NCBI GenBank assembly: GCA_965371515.1
Contig: CBDUYR010000001.1
Coordinates: 32,001-96,000 of the forward strand
From: an uncultured bacterium
GTDB taxonomy: Bacteria; Krumholzibacteriota; Krumholzibacteriia; Krumholzibacteriales; Krumholzibacteriaceae
Length of the DNA: 64,000 nucleotides
Direction: 5' to 3'
Below, one piece after another: positions 10,368 through 19,794 of this stretch (the stretch's first letter is position 1; each line of letters starts with the position of its first letter). The notes beneath the pieces are model-generated. The model searched no databases. It saw only the letters and a program-made list of their open reading frames with translations, and was not told where the DNA came from. The translations under genes and the position numbers were made by a program.

Positions 10368-11277
10368 TACGGGCCGGAGGATAGCGGCGATAGTTCCGGT
10401 CCTCACAGCGGTCGTACTCACTGTCCTCACCGGCTGCGGCTCAGGCGGCGTACCCGAGTTCGACAGCACGTCGGCTTTCATACTTCTCGAGCAGCAGGTC
10501 GATATCGGATTCCGCTACCCCGGATCTCCCGAGCACAGGGAACTGCAGAAATACCTGACGGGTAAACTCCAGGATTTCGGAGCGAACGTCTCCCTTCAGC
10601 CGTTCGACGCGGTGCTGACCACTGGTGACACGCTGCACCTGATAAACATCATCGGCAATTACAACAAGGGGGCGTCGAAACGTGTCATGCTCGCCGCGCA
10701 TTACGATACGAGGCCGTATGCCGACCGGGATCCCGATCCGGCGAACCGCGACAAGCCTATCCTCGGTGCAAACGACGGGGCGAGCGGCGTCGCCGTACTG
10801 CTCGAGATAGCGAGGTTGCTGGGGCAGAGTGAACCGCCCGTGGGTGTCGACATCGTTCTCTTCGACGGGGAGGACTACGGCAGGGAAGGGGTACCGATAG
10901 ACTATTGCCTCGGGTCGGCGCACTTCACGAGACGCCTGAAGGGATACAGGCCGTCGGCGGCGATCGTGATCGACATGATCGGCGACAGGGACCTCGAGAT
11001 CAAGATGGAGGGATACTCGAGGGCAGCCTCGCCCAAACTGCTCGGCGAGTTGTTCGATATCGCCGAAGAACTCGGTTTTGAGCAGTTCTGCCGGGAAAAT
11101 ACGGTCGCGATAATCGATGACCATCTTCCCCTGATACAGGCCGGCATCAACGCCGTCGACCTGATCGATTTCGACTACGAATACTGGCACACTCTCGAGG
11201 ACACTCCCGACAAGTGCTCGCCCGGGTCGCTCGAAGTGGTCGGGAAGGTGCTGCTTCACTATATCTGGAGGCAGTAA
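10342..11277 (+). CDS. M28-family Zn enzyme lipoprotein, glutaminyl-peptide cyclotransferase-like
   Basis: Lipobox LTGC. Motifs AHYDTRP, GANDGASG, FDGEDYG, DMIGD, DDHLP and YWHTLED resemble Bacteroidota-type glutaminyl cyclases. Overlaps the 3' end of sprA. Confidence 0.75.
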   Translation: MRQRNSSSSTGRRIAAIVPVLTAVVLTVLTGCGSGGVPEFDSTSAFILLEQQVDIGFRYPGSPEHRELQKYLTGKLQDFGANVSLQPFDAVLTTGDTLHLINIIGNYNKGASKRVMLAAHYDTRPYADRDPDPANRDKPILGANDGASGVAVLLEIARLLGQSEPPVGVDIVLFDGEDYGREGVPIDYCLGSAHFTRRLKGYRPSAAIVIDMIGDRDLEIKMEGYSRAASPKLLGELFDIAEELGFEQFCRENTVAIIDDHLPLIQAGINAVDLIDFDYEYWHTLEDTPDKCSPGSLEVVGKVLLHYIWRQ

Positions 11278-11312
11278 AAGAGCGTGCCGGTCACCCTTAC
11301 TCCAAAAAGTAC

Positions 11313-11341
11313 TTGATTTATCCGCTTCCTTGGGATACTTA
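11313..11341 (+). promoter_or_regulatory. Putative sigma70 promoter of the rimP-nusA-infB operon
   Basis: TTGATT-N17-TACTTA in an AT-rich intergenic patch. Confidence 0.5.
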
Positions 11342-11356
11342 TATATCGATGTTACG

Positions 11357-11388
11357 AATGGGGCGGTGGGCGCCCCGTTTTTATTATA
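11357..11388 (+). terminator. rimP leader hairpin with U-tract (attenuator-like)
   Basis: AATGGGGCG-gtggg-CGCCCCGTT followed by TTTATTAT, between the promoter and rimP. Such a leader hairpin is commonly found upstream of rimP-nusA. Confidence 0.65.
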
Positions 11389-11427
11389 TCCGGCGTTTCG
11401 GTGTCCGGAGACATTGGGCGGCGACCG

Positions 11428-11952
11428 ATGATTCCAAATGAACGGCTATCTTCCACAGTGGAGAACGAGGTCGATCTCCTCGGCTTCGAGCTCTTGAAGC
11501 TCGATATGGCCTCGAGGGGTCGCAGGCAGGTCCTGCGAATGTTAATAGACAGGCCCGGAGGGAACGTGTCGGTCGGCGACTGCATCAAGGTATCGAAGGC
11601 GGTCGGGTTCGTGCTGGAGGGCGAGGAACTGATCCAGGGGTCGTTCAACCTGGAGGTCTCGTCTCCCGGCATCAACAGGCCGCTGGTGAAGCCGGCGCAC
11701 TTTGCGAGGTTCACCGGGCACGGCGTAAGGGTGGAATACTCCGAAGATGCCGGAGTGAAGAAAATGGTCATCGGAGAGATCGCGAGGATCGAGGACGACT
11801 CGGTCGTGATCGTCTCGGAAGGCGCCGAGCTGACTGTCGATTTCGACAGGATCATCAAGGCGAACCTTCACGGGGAGAGCTGGGATATAGGCGGAACGAA
11901 GGGGCGCGGCGGGAAGCAAACCGGGAAAGGCCGCCAGAGGAAAAGATTTTGA
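11428..11952 (+). CDS. rimP: Ribosome maturation factor RimP
   Basis: DCIKVS and LEVSSPGINRPL motifs; first gene before nusA. Confidence 0.93.
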   Translation: MIPNERLSSTVENEVDLLGFELLKLDMASRGRRQVLRMLIDRPGGNVSVGDCIKVSKAVGFVLEGEELIQGSFNLEVSSPGINRPLVKPAHFARFTGHGVRVEYSEDAGVKKMVIGEIARIEDDSVVIVSEGAELTVDFDRIIKANLHGESWDIGGTKGRGGKQTGKGRQRKRF

Positions 11953-12007
11953 CACTTCAACGTGTGTAGACTAAAATGCCTTGCACGGTTTGAAGGGAGC
12001 GTCAGGA

Positions 12008-13573
12008 ATGAACGCAGGATTTCTCGAAGCATTTGCGCAGATAATCAGGGTAAAGAGGGTAGACAAGGCCACTCTTATCGACACTATCAAAACGAGCCTT
12101 ATCTCGGCGGCCAAGCGTAAGTTTGGGCAGGAAGCGGAGATAGAGGTCGAGCTGGACGACGCCAAGGGCCTGCTCGAGGTGTACCGCATATTCAAGGTCG
12201 TCAAGAAGGTAGAGGAGCCTGACACCGAGATAGACCTCAAGAGCGCCCGCGAGATGGATGACGAGGCCAAGGTCGGCTCCGAGATCAAGCTGATGCTTCC
12301 CCTCGAGGATTTCGGCCGCAACGCCGTTCAGACGGCCAAGCAGGTCCTGATGCAGAAGGTCAGGGAGGCTGAGCGGGAGAGGGTCTTCGAGGATTACAAG
12401 GACAAGGTCGGAGTCATCGCATCCGGTACGGTCCGCCAGGTGGACAGGGGCAATATCCTTGTCAACCTTGGCAGAGCCGAGGCGTATCTGCCCAACCGCG
12501 AGCAGATCCGCAAGGAGCGTTATAACCAGGGCGATACGATCCGCGCAGTCATCATCGAGGTCGACAAGGAGGCAAAGGGCCCCCTGATCATTCTCTCCCG
12601 GACGAGCAACCAGTTCATCCAGAAGCTGTTCGAGCAGGAAGTGCCCGAGATATTCGACGGCGACGTCGAGATAAAGAATATCGCCCGCGAGCCGGGCGGA
12701 CGCTCGAAGATCGCGGTCCACTCGAGAAGCGAGAAGGTCGACGCCGTCGGTTCATGCGTCGGGATGAAGGGGTCACGTGTACAGGCTGTCGTGAACGAGC
12801 TTCACGGCGAGAAGATAGATATCGTCAGCTGGAGCGAGAGTTCCAACGAATTCGTGTCGAGGGCGCTCGCGCCGGCGAAGGTATCGGCGCTGAGGTTCAA
12901 CGAGGCCGAGGAGGATGTCCTTGCTATCGTCGAGGAGGACCAGCTTTCGCTTGCCATAGGCAAGGAGGGGCAGAACGTCCGTCTCGCATCAAAACTCACC
13001 GGCTGGAAGATCGACCTGGCGCCTGTCAGGGAGATCGAGCGCAGGGACAGGCTCGAGCAGAAGCTCCAGATGGATATCTCCGACATGGTCGGGGTGACGC
13101 CGAAGATTGCGACGAGGCTGAAGGGTATCGGCATCCTCACCGTCCAGAAATTGTACAAGACCCTGCTCGACGAGTTGCTCGCCATCGAGGGCATCGGCCC
13201 GAAGACGGCAGAGAAGCTCAAGGAGAGCGCGACCGAGACGATGGAAGAGCTGAACAAGGCGCTCGAGGAACTGCTCGAGAAGGAAAAGGCCGAAGAGGTC
13301 ATCACCGAGGAGCTCTTCGACGAGACTGCCCTTGCTCCCGAGGCCGAAAAGGAGGAAGAGGAAGTCAAACTCACCGAAGAACAGCTGTTCGGAGACCTTG
13401 ACGAGTCCGGTGAAGAGGAAGCGGACGAGGAAGAAAAAAAGACCGAAGAGGATTCTCCGGATGAAGAAGAGGCCGGGGATGACGTCGAGGAGGAGCAGGA
13501 ATCTCCCTCGGAAGATAAAGAGACAGAAGAGCCGGGCGGCGAGGATACCGGTCCCGGCAAAAAGGAAGAATAA
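12008..13573 (+). CDS. nusA: Transcription termination/antitermination factor NusA
   Basis: FGRNAVQTAKQV, S1 and KH domains (AREPGGRSKIAV, GSCVGMKGSRVQ, AIGKEGQNVRLA), HhH repeats, acidic tail. Confidence 0.97.
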   Translation: MNAGFLEAFAQIIRVKRVDKATLIDTIKTSLISAAKRKFGQEAEIEVELDDAKGLLEVYRIFKVVKKVEEPDTEIDLKSAREMDDEAKVGSEIKLMLPLEDFGRNAVQTAKQVLMQKVREAERERVFEDYKDKVGVIASGTVRQVDRGNILVNLGRAEAYLPNREQIRKERYNQGDTIRAVIIEVDKEAKGPLIILSRTSNQFIQKLFEQEVPEIFDGDVEIKNIAREPGGRSKIAVHSRSEKVDAVGSCVGMKGSRVQAVVNELHGEKIDIVSWSESSNEFVSRALAPAKVSALRFNEAEEDVLAIVEEDQLSLAIGKEGQNVRLASKLTGWKIDLAPVREIERRDRLEQKLQMDISDMVGVTPKIATRLKGIGILTVQKLYKTLLDELLAIEGIGPKTAEKLKESATETMEELNKALEELLEKEKAEEVITEELFDETALAPEAEKEEEEVKLTEEQLFGDLDESGEEEADEEEKKTEEDSPDEEEAGDDVEEEQESPSEDKETEEPGGEDTGPGKKEE

Positions 13574-13599
13574 GGGTGTTCGAAGGGAGTTGAGGTCCT

Positions 13600-15744
13600 T
13601 TGGCGAAAGTCCGCGTATATCAGCTTGCTCGCAAATACGAGATCTCCAGTGATGCTCTGCGCAAGATCCTCGTGAAGGAGGGCATCACCGTCAAGAGCCA
13701 CATGAGCTCCGTGGACGAGAAGGTCGAGACGTTTGTCGAGCAGCATCTCAAGCGCGTCAAGGCGGCCACGACTCGCGAGGTAAAGAAAAGGGACAGGAAT
13801 CTGCCCAGGGGCAAACCCGCGAAGAAGCCAAAGGGAAAAAGGACAAGGAAACCCGCGAGAAAGCCCGAAACAGACCACAAGGCGGTCAAAGAGAGCGTCA
13901 AACGCACGCTCGCCAGGCTCGATGTCACAAGGAAATCCCGCAGGCGCAAGCGCGAGAAGGAAGAGGTAGTCGAGGTCGAGCAGGACCTGAACGTCATCAA
14001 GCTTCCCGAGTTTTCCACCGTCGCGGACCTTGCGGAAAAACTCGACGTCGATCCGGCGGAGATCATACAGAAATGCTTTGTGCTGGGGCTGATGGTCTCG
14101 ATCAACCAGAGGCTCGACTCCGACACGATCAAGATGCTTGCCGAGGAGTACGGTGTCGGCGTCGTGTTCCTCTCCGAATATAGGCAGGACATGCTCGCGG
14201 GGAAAAAGGAGATCAAGCCCGAGAGGCTGGTCGAGCGTTCTCCCGTGGTGACGATCATGGGGCACGTCGATCACGGCAAGACCTCTCTTCTCGACAACAT
14301 CCGCAACAGCAATATCATCGATGGTGAGAAGGGCGGGATCACACAGCATATCGGAGCCTACGAGGTCGAAGCAGCCGGAAGGAAGATCACGTTCATCGAC
14401 ACCCCGGGGCACGAGGCGTTCACCGCGATGCGCTCGAGGGGGGCCCAGCTCACCGACATCGTCATACTCATCACCGCCGCCGACGACGGCGTGATGCCGC
14501 AGACGATCGAGGCGATCAACCACGCCAGGGCCGCCGACGTTCCGATAATCGTCGCGATAAACAAGATCGACCTGCCGAACGCCGACCTCGGCAAGGTAAA
14601 GCAGGGCCTGCTTCAGCAGAACCTCGTGCTCGAGGAGTACGGCGGCAACGTAATGGGGACCGAGATCTCGGCCAAGAACGGTACAAACATAGACAGTCTG
14701 CTCGAGATGATCCTCCTGCAGGCGGAGATGATGGAGCTGAAGGCAGATCCGGAGGCCGAGGTCCGCGGCGTAGTGCTCGAGGCGCGCAAGGAGGAGGGCA
14801 GGGGCAACGTCTGCACCGTGCTCATCCAGCAGGGGACCCTGAAGGTGGGCGATATCTTCATCACCGGCAACTTCTACGGCAAGGTCAGGGCGATGTTCAA
14901 CGAGCGGGGCGTCAGGATCGAGCAGGCGCCGCCGTCAACGCCCGCCGTCATCCTCGGATGCACCGGGATCCCACAGGCGGGAGATGCCTTCTACCAGGTA
15001 GAGGGCGAGAAGACGGCCAAGGAAATAGCGAGCAAGCGGCAGCAGTTCGCCCGCGAGAAGGACTACCGCACGGTCCAGAGGATCACCCTCGAGGATCTCT
15101 ACAGGCAGATCCAGGAGGGCAGTGTCAAGGACCTCAACCTCATCATCAGGGCCGATACGGACGGCTCGGTGGAGGTGCTCACAGACAGCCTCACCTCCCT
15201 CAATACCGAAGAGGTGAAGGTCAATGTGATCCAGAAACTCGTCGGCATGATAAACGAGAGCGATATCCTCCTCGCGTCCGCCTCGAACGCCGTGGTGATA
15301 GGATTCCACACCTTGATACCGCCGCAGGCGCAGCAGCTTGCCAAGGTTGAGAATGTCGATGTCAGGCTCTACGACGTCATCTACAAGGCGATAGACGATA
15401 TAAAGGACGCGATGTCGGGACTGCTAGAGCCGGAGATCATCGAGACGCCTCTCGGGGACGCCGAAGTGAGACAGGTCTTCAAGGTCTCGAAGACCGGTAC
15501 GATCGCCGGATGCTATGTCACCTCGGGAACGATCAAGCGCAATGCCCTCGTCCGCGTGAAAAGGGAAGGGGAGGTCGTCCATCAGGCGGCGATCAATTCG
15601 CTGAAACGCTTCAAGGACGACGCCAGAGAGGTCCAGTCGGGGTTCGAGTGCGGTATCGGGGTAGAGGGCTTTGAAAACTTCGTCGAGGGTGACATCATAG
15701 AGGCATACGTCGAAGAGGAGAAGCACAGGACGATCGACGGCTGA
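13600..15744 (+). CDS. infB: Translation initiation factor IF-2
   Basis: TTG start after [24 protein letters not shown] and LKRFKDD..EV..GFECG motifs. Confidence 0.98.
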   Translation: MAKVRVYQLARKYEISSDALRKILVKEGITVKSHMSSVDEKVETFVEQHLKRVKAATTREVKKRDRNLPRGKPAKKPKGKRTRKPARKPETDHKAVKESVKRTLARLDVTRKSRRRKREKEEVVEVEQDLNVIKLPEFSTVADLAEKLDVDPAEIIQKCFVLGLMVSINQRLDSDTIKMLAEEYGVGVVFLSEYRQDMLAGKKEIKPERLVERSPVVTIMGHVDHGKTSLLDNIRNSNIIDGEKGGITQHIGAYEVEAAGRKITFIDTPGHEAFTAMRSRGAQLTDIVILITAADDGVMPQTIEAINHARAADVPIIVAINKIDLPNADLGKVKQGLLQQNLVLEEYGGNVMGTEISAKNGTNIDSLLEMILLQAEMMELKADPEAEVRGVVLEARKEEGRGNVCTVLIQQGTLKVGDIFITGNFYGKVRAMFNERGVRIEQAPPSTPAVILGCTGIPQAGDAFYQVEGEKTAKEIASKRQQFAREKDYRTVQRITLEDLYRQIQEGSVKDLNLIIRADTDGSVEVLTDSLTSLNTEEVKVNVIQKLVGMINESDILLASASNAVVIGFHTLIPPQAQQLAKVENVDVRLYDVIYKAIDDIKDAMSGLLEPEIIETPLGDAEVRQVFKVSKTGTIAGCYVTSGTIKRNALVRVKREGEVVHQAAINSLKRFKDDAREVQSGFECGIGVEGFENFVEGDIIEAYVEEEKHRTIDG

Positions 15745-15758
15745 GCGGGAGACACAGC

Positions 15759-16040
15759 ATGATCGTGGCTTGCCTCAGAGTCCGGTTGCATCTGCCCGGC
15801 TGCAATTCACTCAAGGAAAAGCGGTTCGTTCTGAAAAGCCTGAAGGACAGGCTGAAGAACAGGTTCAACGTCGCCCTCTGCGAGTACGGCAGCCAGGACA
15901 AGTGGCAGCTCACAGACCTGGGTATCGCGACCGTCACGACCGATACGAGGGGAGCGGACAGGGTGCTCCAGGCGGTCATAAATTTTATGGAAAAGGACGG
16001 CCGTATCGAGCTGGTCGACATGGAGAGAGAGACATACTGA
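15759..16040 (+). CDS. DUF503 (YlxP) family protein
   Basis: SLKEKR..LKSL..RL..RFNVA..E motif, in the usual position between infB and rbfA. Confidence 0.9.
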   Translation: MIVACLRVRLHLPGCNSLKEKRFVLKSLKDRLKNRFNVALCEYGSQDKWQLTDLGIATVTTDTRGADRVLQAVINFMEKDGRIELVDMERETY

Positions 16041-16056
16041 CCCCGCGGAAAAGGAT

Positions 16057-16443
16057 ATGAGCGAGAGGAACAAGGGAAGGATAGAGGAGACGATACGCCA
16101 GATGGTGGCGTCGCTTCTCCTGAGAAAGGTCAAGGACCCGCGGGTAACCGACGTCTCGATCCTGCGCGTCGATGCCTCGAGGGATTATTCCGTCGCGAAG
16201 ATCTACTTCAACCTTATCGGCGGGAGCGAGCCGGAGAGAGTGGCCGAGGCGGAGAAGGGCCTGGCCAGCAGCAGGGGATACATGCGGATGCACATCAAGA
16301 AACACATCAGGCTGAGAGTCATCCCCGAACTCGTCTTTATATTCGATTCGTCGCTCGACAGGGCGATGCATCTCGAGGAGATCATCGACAGTATACACAG
16401 CGATGAAGCCGGCAAGGACGCCGAAGGGGAGGAGCAGGGATGA
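16057..16443 (+). CDS. rbfA: 30S ribosome-binding factor A
   Basis: VKDPR and LRVIPELVFIFDSS motifs. Confidence 0.95.
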   Translation: MSERNKGRIEETIRQMVASLLLRKVKDPRVTDVSILRVDASRDYSVAKIYFNLIGGSEPERVAEAEKGLASSRGYMRMHIKKHIRLRVIPELVFIFDSSLDRAMHLEEIIDSIHSDEAGKDAEGEEQG

Positions 16444-17423
16444 GCGGGGAAAGGTTCGAAAAGGAATTTTCGGAGATGATGGCGCTGATAGATCGCCACG
16501 AATCGGTCCTGGTGACGGGACACATCGATCCAGACGGGGACTGCATCGGGTCGATGTTTGCCATCGCCATGATGCTCGAGGAGATGGGCAAGAAGGTCAT
16601 GTGCTACGCCCCGGGCGAGATCTCCGAGCTTTTCCTCAAGCTCCCCGGCGCATCGATGCTCGCGGAGCGCGAGGATGCGTCGAGTTTCAAGCACGACCTC
16701 GTAATAGCCGTCGATTCCCCGAATACGGCGAGGACGGAGAATTTTGCCAGGCCCTGCGAGAATGAGGACGTCATCAACGTCGACCATCATCCCACGAACG
16801 AGATGTACGGCTGCGTGAACATCGTCGACGGCACCGCCGCCGCGACGACTGTACTGGTATACAGATTCTTTTTGTCGGCGGCCCCCGACAGGATCACGGC
16901 CGACGTGGCTGACTGCCTCTACCTCGGCATCCTGATGGACACGGGCGGCTTCCGATTCCAGAACGTGGATTCAGAGGCGCTCCGTATTGCCTCGGAGCTG
17001 ATCGATCTTGGGGCGAGGGCGTACGACCTGGCGCACGAATATATATATGTGAAGAAGTTTTCCACGCTCAAGCTGCTCGGCCTCGTACTCGATTCCCTGC
17101 GCCTGCACCTCGACGGACGTGCCGTGACGATAGAGGTCACCTCGGAGATGCTCGAGAAGACGGGGACGACGCTGAAGGATTCGGAAGGCTTCGTCGATTA
17201 CGGCGCCGCGCTCGACGACGTCGAGCTGGTGGCGCTCTTCAGGGAGACCGCCCCAGGCGAGGTAAGGGTCAGCCTCCGCTCGAGAAACGACCACAACGTC
17301 TCGGCTCTCGCCGAGAGATTCGGCGGCGGCGGGCATGTCAGGGCGGCCGGCCTCACGCTCGAGACCGATCTGGTATCCGCGAGGAAGACGATCGTCGACG
17401 GCTTCGGGGAGTTGCTGGGCTGA
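16440..17423 (+). CDS. nrnA: DHH/DHHA1 bifunctional oligoribonuclease/pAp phosphatase
   Basis: HIDPDGDCIGS, VDHH, DTGGF, SLRS and GGGGH motifs. Confidence 0.9.
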   Translation: MSGERFEKEFSEMMALIDRHESVLVTGHIDPDGDCIGSMFAIAMMLEEMGKKVMCYAPGEISELFLKLPGASMLAEREDASSFKHDLVIAVDSPNTARTENFARPCENEDVINVDHHPTNEMYGCVNIVDGTAAATTVLVYRFFLSAAPDRITADVADCLYLGILMDTGGFRFQNVDSEALRIASELIDLGARAYDLAHEYIYVKKFSTLKLLGLVLDSLRLHLDGRAVTIEVTSEMLEKTGTTLKDSEGFVDYGAALDDVELVALFRETAPGEVRVSLRSRNDHNVSALAERFGGGGHVRAAGLTLETDLVSARKTIVDGFGELLG

Positions 17424-17449
17424 AGCCGCACGGAGACGGCGAACCGGAT

Positions 17450-18355
17450 ATGGACGACAGGCTCGATAATCTCGTAATACCCGTAAACAAGTCTCACGGC
17501 CTGTCGACATACGATGTCATCAGGCGCTTCAGGAAGGTCGTGAGGATAAGGAAGGTCGGACATTCGGGTACGCTCGACCCGCTTGCCACAGGCCTCGTGC
17601 TGCTCCTCACAGGCGATGCCACGAAGCTGTCGAGCTACATGATGGATCTGCCCAAGACGTATATCGCCGACATCGAACTGGGCAGTTCGACAGACACGAA
17701 CGACGCTGAGGGAAAGGTCGTCGAGACGGGGGACTGGAGCGGAATCACCGAAGAGGCGATCCGATCGGTCCTTCCCTCATTTCTCGGCAGGAGGGAGCAG
17801 ATCCCTCCGATGTTCTCCGCCCTGAAGCACAAGGGCGTACCCCTCTACACGCTGGCCCGCAGGGGCGAGAAGGTGGAGCGCAGGCCGCGCGAGGTCGAGA
17901 CGTACGCATTGAACCTGCTCTGCTGTCAGCTACCCGTCTTCCGGATAGAGACCGTCTGCTCGAAAGGGATGTATATGAGAGTCCTGGCCGAGGAGATCGG
18001 AGCGAAGCTCGGGGTGCCGGCCTACCTCAAGAACCTCGTGAGGACGAAGATCGGGCAGTTCGACGTGGATTCGGCCGTGCCGGACGATGGTTTCGACGGA
18101 TTGGCCGGGATGGAGAAACCGGGGTTCGGGATGACGGAGGCTCTCGGTCATCTCAGGCCTGTCGAACTCGACGAGCAGCAGGCTGAAGGGGTGAGCAAAG
18201 GCGCCGTTCCCAGGATGGACGGCCCGGTGGCTCGAATGGGGGAGATAGTCCGTCTCATCGATGCCGAGGGAAGGCTCTGCGCGATCGCAGAGGCGGGGCC
18301 GACAGGGATAATGAAGCTCAGGAGGGTCTTCATCGGCGAAGACCGGGGATCATAA
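17450..18355 (+). CDS. truB: tRNA pseudouridine-55 synthase
   Basis: KVGHSGTLDPLATG, QIPPMFSALK and CSKGMYMR motifs. Confidence 0.96.
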   Translation: MDDRLDNLVIPVNKSHGLSTYDVIRRFRKVVRIRKVGHSGTLDPLATGLVLLLTGDATKLSSYMMDLPKTYIADIELGSSTDTNDAEGKVVETGDWSGITEEAIRSVLPSFLGRREQIPPMFSALKHKGVPLYTLARRGEKVERRPREVETYALNLLCCQLPVFRIETVCSKGMYMRVLAEEIGAKLGVPAYLKNLVRTKIGQFDVDSAVPDDGFDGLAGMEKPGFGMTEALGHLRPVELDEQQAEGVSKGAVPRMDGPVARMGEIVRLIDAEGRLCAIAEAGPTGIMKLRRVFIGEDRGS

Positions 18356-18358
18356 GCG

Positions 18359-19303
18359 ATGACCGAACTGATCAGAAACGCAGAGGCGATCGATCTCGAT
18401 AAGGCCGATTCGGCAGTCACCATCGGGGTTTTTGACGGAGTCCATACCGGTCATCAGAAGGTCATCTCCGAGGCGCTCGAGAGGGCGAGGGAGGCGGGCC
18501 TGCGGAGGACCGTCCTGGTGACCTTCGACAGGCACCCGATGAGCGTGACCCGCCCGGAGGATGCCCCCGGTCTGCTGACGACCCTGGACGAAAAGCTTTC
18601 ACTGCTGCAGGGGCTGGGACTCGACGTGATATTCGTCGAGAAGTTCGACGATGTAACTGCCTCGATCCCCTACGCCGACTATATCAAGAACAGGCTCGTT
18701 GTCGACCTTGGGATGCGTCATCTGACCGTTGGATACGATTTCCATCTCGGAAGGGGAAGGCGGGGAGGAAGCGAGGCCTTGATCGAGGAAGGGAAAAGAT
18801 CGGGCTTCGGTGTGACGGTGGTTCCCCCGGTCGTCGTGGGAGGCACGGCAGTCTCGAGCACGAGGATCAGGAAGGACGTGATGGAGAGGAAGATGGGCCG
18901 TGCGGCGAGATTCCTTACCCGTCCCTATTTCTTCGACGCCGACGTAGAAAGAGGCGGGGGAGTGGGCAGTGAGCTCGGGTACCCGACGGCAAACGCCTGC
19001 GTTGCCCACAGCGAGAAGCTGATACCGCCCGGCGGCGCCTACGCCGTGACAGTGGATACGGACGGAACGAGCTACGGGGGGATGATGAACATCGGGCTCG
19101 CGCCGACGGTCAGGTGCGACGGGCGCGAAAGCATCGAGGTCCATCTGTTCGATTTCGACGGCGACCTGTACGACAGCAGGCTGCGGATACATGTCGTCGA
19201 ATATATACGAGACGAGAGACGGTTCCGCGGCCGTGAAGAATTGATGGATCAGCTTCTAAGGGATAGCGTAAAAGTCAGGCGCATTCTGGAAAAGAAACGT
19301 TGA
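18359..19303 (+). CDS. ribF: Bifunctional riboflavin kinase/FAD synthetase
   Basis: [24 protein letters not shown] and EVHLFDF motifs. Confidence 0.96.
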   Translation: MTELIRNAEAIDLDKADSAVTIGVFDGVHTGHQKVISEALERAREAGLRRTVLVTFDRHPMSVTRPEDAPGLLTTLDEKLSLLQGLGLDVIFVEKFDDVTASIPYADYIKNRLVVDLGMRHLTVGYDFHLGRGRRGGSEALIEEGKRSGFGVTVVPPVVVGGTAVSSTRIRKDVMERKMGRAARFLTRPYFFDADVERGGGVGSELGYPTANACVAHSEKLIPPGGAYAVTVDTDGTSYGGMMNIGLAPTVRCDGRESIEVHLFDFDGDLYDSRLRIHVVEYIRDERRFRGREELMDQLLRDSVKVRRILEKKR

Positions 19304-19327
19304 CAATCCGAAATTGTCGTGTATGTT
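19300..19327 (+). promoter_or_regulatory. Putative sigma70 promoter of rpsO-pnp
   Basis: Consensus TTGACA at 19300 followed after 16 bp by TATGTT. Confidence 0.55.
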
Positions 19328-19352
19328 TGGTCATTGCACTTGGAACATACAA

Positions 19353-19394
19353 GGCAGTTACAGGCGGATCGGGCATGGGGCCCTTTCTGCTGCC
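19353..19394 (+). promoter_or_regulatory. Structured rpsO 5' leader, candidate S15 autoregulatory site
   Basis: GGCAG...CTGCC outer stem enclosing GGGC/GCCC, upstream of the AAGGAGG RBS. S15 leaders are known in many phyla. Confidence 0.4.
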
Positions 19395-19431
19395 ATCGCG
19401 TATCAGCACGTGTGTAAAGGAGGTCAGGACG

Positions 19432-19701
19432 ATGGCACTGCAAAAGGACACTAAGAAAGAGGTTATCAGCAAATTCCGGCTGCATGAGCTCGACTCGGGC
19501 TCGCCGGAAGTACAGATCGCGCTCCTCACAGAACGCATCAACGCTTTAACCGAGCACTTCAAGGTTCACAAGAAAGACTTCGCGTCGAGACGAGGGCTTC
19601 TCAAGCTCGTCGGTCGCCGCCGCAAGCTTCTTGATTACCTGAAGAAGAGCAGGATCGAGAAGTACCGCGAGCTCATCAAGGAACTCAACCTCAGGAAGTA
19701 A
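19432..19701 (+). CDS. rpsO: 30S ribosomal protein S15
   Basis: 89 aa from the ATG after [20 protein letters not shown] and [16 protein letters not shown] motifs. Confidence 0.98.
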   Translation: MALQKDTKKEVISKFRLHELDSGSPEVQIALLTERINALTEHFKVHKKDFASRRGLLKLVGRRRKLLDYLKKSRIEKYRELIKELNLRK

Positions 19702-19794
19702 GCATAGCACTTGTTGTTTTATCCACGGTGTAGTGGCCGCGGGGTAAAATAGTACCTTCTGTTAATATCGGCAGATGGAGGAAAGAGAAAAGGA

